DNA from: Spirochaetia bacterium
GTDB taxonomy: Bacteria; Spirochaetota; Spirochaetia; UBA9216
NCBI GenBank assembly: GCA_963677925.2
Contig: CAXXYH010000003.1
Coordinates: 1,824,001-1,888,000 of the forward strand
Length of the DNA: 64,000 nt
Direction of reading: 5' to 3'
The position numbers and the translations under genes are program-made. Every line of letters begins with the position of its first letter. Position 1 is the first letter of the stretch. The notes under the pieces are model-generated. The model did no database searches, was not told where the DNA came from, and saw nothing but the letters and a program-made list of their open reading frames with translations. Below are positions 61,312-64,000 of the stretch, piece after piece.

Positions 61312-62568
61312 ATGAAATTCGTTTTATTTTCCATTGGAACAAGAGGCGATATTGAACCCTTTCTTGCTGTTGCCGAATTATTGAAAAATGAAGGGCACCG
61401 GGTAATATGCTCATTTCCTGCACAGTTTAAAAACCTTGCAGACGAGGCCGAAATTGAGTTCTTTCCATTAAGCAAAGAATTCCTGGAGCTGGTTGATGGT
61501 GATGATGCAAAGATGGCCATGGGTGGGAAAATTTCTTTTCTGAAGAAACTGGGTGCATATATCCGTCTTTATAAACTCTCGGAAAATGTAAATAAGGATC
61601 TTGTGCTTCAGCAGGAAGAATTAGTTGCAATAGAAAATCCTGATAAGATCATATACGGCGGAAAGGCGATTTATCCGGTTCTGTGGGGCATAAAAAATCC
61701 CGGACGGGCAGTCTTCCTAAGTCCAGTCCCCTACCTGACACTCTACACAAAGGAACATCCTCATATCGGCTTTAAGGGCAATCATGGTCCGATGTTTAAT
61801 AAATTTACCTATGCCATTGCAAATTACGGTTTAATAAAACATATTGTTTCAACCTCAAATCGGGCAGGAATAAAAATTCAGGCTGGAGGAAAGGCAATAA
61901 AAAAGGAGCTGCAGACAAGGAATGCCATGTATATGCTTTCTTCAGCAATTTTCCCTCGTCCCGATTACTGGCCGCCGGAGGCAAAAGTTCTGGGCTACCG
62001 GGAAAGAAACAAGAAGCAAAACTGGAATCCCGGGGAAGAACTTACAGCCTTTCTTCAAAATCATACAAAGGTTCTTCTAATCACCTTCGGGAGTATGACT
62101 AATCCGGACCCCGAGGAGAAATCGTCAATAATTATTAGAATCCTCCAGAAACATAACATTCCTGCAATTATAAACACTTCATCCGGAGGTCTTATAAAAC
62201 CTGCAGACTATGACAGTAAACTCATACATTTTGTTGAAAACATCCCCTATGACTGGATCTTCCCGAGAGTATACGGTGTTATTCACCATGGGGGTTCAGG
62301 AACTACCCAGACTGCGTTGAAATACGGCTGTGCTTCCATGATAATTCCGCATATTATTGACCAGTTTCTGTGGAATGATTTTGTGAGTGAATCAGGAGCC
62401 GGACCGTCCGGCCCCCCGATAAACAAACTGACTGAAAAGAATTTCGAAGAAGGACTGCTGGCTCTCTATAAAGACGAATCCTATAAAAAGACAGCCACGG
62501 AATTAGGCAAAAAAATCAGAGCTGAAAACCGTGATGCTGAATTAATGGAGCTGCTAACCGGCAGCTGA
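61312..62568 (+). CDS. GT1/GT28-like UDP-glycosyltransferase (sterol/lipid glucosyltransferase-like)
   Basis: GTRGDIEP, IHHGGSGTT and IDQFLW. Confidence 0.9.
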   Translation: MKFVLFSIGTRGDIEPFLAVAELLKNEGHRVICSFPAQFKNLADEAEIEFFPLSKEFLELVDGDDAKMAMGGKISFLKKLGAYIRLYKLSENVNKDLVLQQEELVAIENPDKIIYGGKAIYPVLWGIKNPGRAVFLSPVPYLTLYTKEHPHIGFKGNHGPMFNKFTYAIANYGLIKHIVSTSNRAGIKIQAGGKAIKKELQTRNAMYMLSSAIFPRPDYWPPEAKVLGYRERNKKQNWNPGEELTAFLQNHTKVLLITFGSMTNPDPEEKSSIIIRILQKHNIPAIINTSSGGLIKPADYDSKLIHFVENIPYDWIFPRVYGVIHHGGSGTTQTALKYGCASMIIPHIIDQFLWNDFVSESGAGPSGPPINKLTEKNFEEGLLALYKDESYKKTATELGKKIRAENRDAELMELLTGS

Positions 62569-62663
62569 CAGCATCCTGTTCAGGCGGCTGGACGAATTTA
62601 TTTAATAGAAATCCCTTTTTTATAGTTTTTTTGAAATTTTTACTGATTTCTTAAAAAACAGTA

Positions 62664-62694
62664 TTGACCTTGAGCAAGCTCTAGGTTTTATATT
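62664..62694 (+). promoter_or_regulatory. MerR-type promoter (19-bp spacer with dyad)
   Basis: TTGACC-19nt-TATATT with the palindrome ACCTTGAGC-AA-GCTCTAGGT at 62667-62686. Confidence 0.75.
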
Positions 62695-62745
62695 CTATTT
62701 ATCAAAGCTACCAATAGCTAACTTAAAATATAGGACGGTATTCTA

Positions 62746-63726
62746 ATGAACAATGAAAAACTGATATTAGGACAGGAATGGGACAAGATTTTCCCGAAAA
62801 GCGGAAAAGTAAATCACAGTAAAGTCTCCTTTCATAACAGGTATGGAATCACACTTGCTGCGGATATGTATGAACCGCAAAATGCTGAGGGTAAACTTGC
62901 AGCAATTGCAGTAGCAGGCCCTTTCGGAGCAGTTAAGGAGCAGGCGGCAGGACTCTATGCCCAGGAAATGGCGGAAAGAGGCTTCCTGACTATTGCTTTT
63001 GATCCGTCATATCTTGGAGAGAGCGGGGGCACCCCAAGAGATGTTTCATCTCCCGACATAAATACAGAAGACTTTTCAGCTGCTGTTGATTTTCTATCAA
63101 CTCTCGAGAAAGTAGACTCTGAAAAAATCGGCATAATCGGTATCTGCGGATGGGGAGGAATGGCTCTCAATGCAGCAGCAATTGACACTCGTGTTAAGGC
63201 TACTGTGACATCCACAATGTATGACATGACAAGGGTGACGGCAAACGGCTACTTTGACTCAATGAGTCCTGAACAGCGTTATGAGATGCGGGAAAAACTG
63301 AATGCCCAGAGAATCGAGGACTATAAAAACGGAACTTATGAAAAATCCGGAGGGCTCCCCTCCCCCGAAATGCTGCCTGAAGAGGCTCCCTTCTTCCTCA
63401 AAGATTATGTGAACTTCTATAAAACCGATCGTGGGTATCACAAGCGATCTGTAAACTCCAACAATGGCTGGAATTCCACCTATGCTCTTTCTTTTACAAA
63501 CATGCCTATTCTTCAGTACACTGATGAAATCAAAAATGCAGTTCTGATGATTCACGGAGAAAAAGCTCATTCTGTCTATTTCAGTCAGGATGCTTTCAAA
63601 AAACTTACCGGAGACAACAAAGAGCTTATGATTATACCCGGGGCGGTTCACACTGATCTCTATGATGACATGAATGTTATTCCATTTAAAAAGATCGAAT
63701 CATTCTTTAATTCTTATTTATCATAG
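62746..63726 (+). CDS. Alpha/beta hydrolase (YcjY-like, Cys nucleophile)
   Basis: GPFGAVKEQ, GICGWGG and HTDLYD. Confidence 0.9.
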   Translation: MNNEKLILGQEWDKIFPKSGKVNHSKVSFHNRYGITLAADMYEPQNAEGKLAAIAVAGPFGAVKEQAAGLYAQEMAERGFLTIAFDPSYLGESGGTPRDVSSPDINTEDFSAAVDFLSTLEKVDSEKIGIIGICGWGGMALNAAAIDTRVKATVTSTMYDMTRVTANGYFDSMSPEQRYEMREKLNAQRIEDYKNGTYEKSGGLPSPEMLPEEAPFFLKDYVNFYKTDRGYHKRSVNSNNGWNSTYALSFTNMPILQYTDEIKNAVLMIHGEKAHSVYFSQDAFKKLTGDNKELMIIPGAVHTDLYDDMNVIPFKKIESFFNSYLS

Positions 63727-63829
63727 ACAGTAAAGAGTAAATGCTCGATCAGGAATTATTAGCTACTTTCTGGTTGAGCTTTCATAAATCATATTGATAT
63801 CTATCGAAACATATGGCAGTTTAATACCG

Positions 63830-64000
63830 ATGATAGACCTGCACGCTCACTCAACCATTTCAGACGGAACAGCAAGTCCGAAAGAACTTGTTAATCTTGC
63901 AAACCAGATCGGGCTTTCAGCCCTTGCTCTGACCGATCATGATAACATCGGCGGACTCGATGAAGCCCAGAAGGAAGCCGACAGAACCGGACTCACTCTT
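63830..64000 (+). CDS. PHP domain protein, runs off the window edge
   Basis: MIDLHAHSTISDGT..LALTDHD read manually. Confidence 0.85.
   Translation, partial: MIDLHAHSTISDGTASPKELVNLANQIGLSALALTDHDNIGGLDEAQKEADRTGLTL

Noticed and set aside
403-63651. Numerous 60-200 aa ORFs overlapping assigned genes
   Set aside because: Alternative-frame or antisense shadows with no motifs or translation signals.
34367-64000. Integrative element or prophage at the tRNA
   Set aside because: No integrase, transposase, phage gene or att duplicate found by eye.
1-64000. CRISPR arrays, long tandem repeats, riboswitches, defence systems
   Set aside because: Intergenic regions are short and none showed repeat-spacer periodicity or recognisable riboswitch cores; an Infernal/Rfam scan would be needed to exclude ncRNAs.

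Overview
Chromosomal window of an anaerobic bacterium, most likely a free-living Spirochaetota (inferred from the class I LysRS, several lipoproteins and the gene styles). The left ~34 kb is core-like. It holds the start of an NqrB/NqrC-like (Rnf/Nqr hybrid) operon, and a DRTGG / CBS-Ser-kinase / DRTGG / PHP / PAS-kinase cassette converging on a tetrameric NAD(P)-dependent [FeFe]-hydrogenase operon (hndA-HATPase-hndB-hndC-hndD) with divergent rex. Housekeeping genes follow (purC, clpP, era, dacA, lysS, rlpA), then two tandem ~1450-aa fused activase-reductase proteins of the plasmalogen synthase/glycerol ester reductase (PlsA/Ger) type separated by a TetR. Right of a tRNA(CAU) lies a patchwork of accessory modules: surface proteins, MarR-MATE, TspO-like plus tocopherol-cyclase-like, sensor kinases, a diguanylate cyclase, LysR-ALDH, an IclR / Fe-ADH / AOR / MoaD / DthD-like SDR operon, a glycosyltransferase and a hydrolase with a MerR-type promoter. 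Three genes are broken by single-base homopolymer indels. About ten genes show a -10 box 6-9 nt before the ATG, mostly without an SD, suggesting leaderless mRNAs. No CRISPR, IS, integrase or rRNA was seen. All family calls are from motif recognition by eye; no searches were run.
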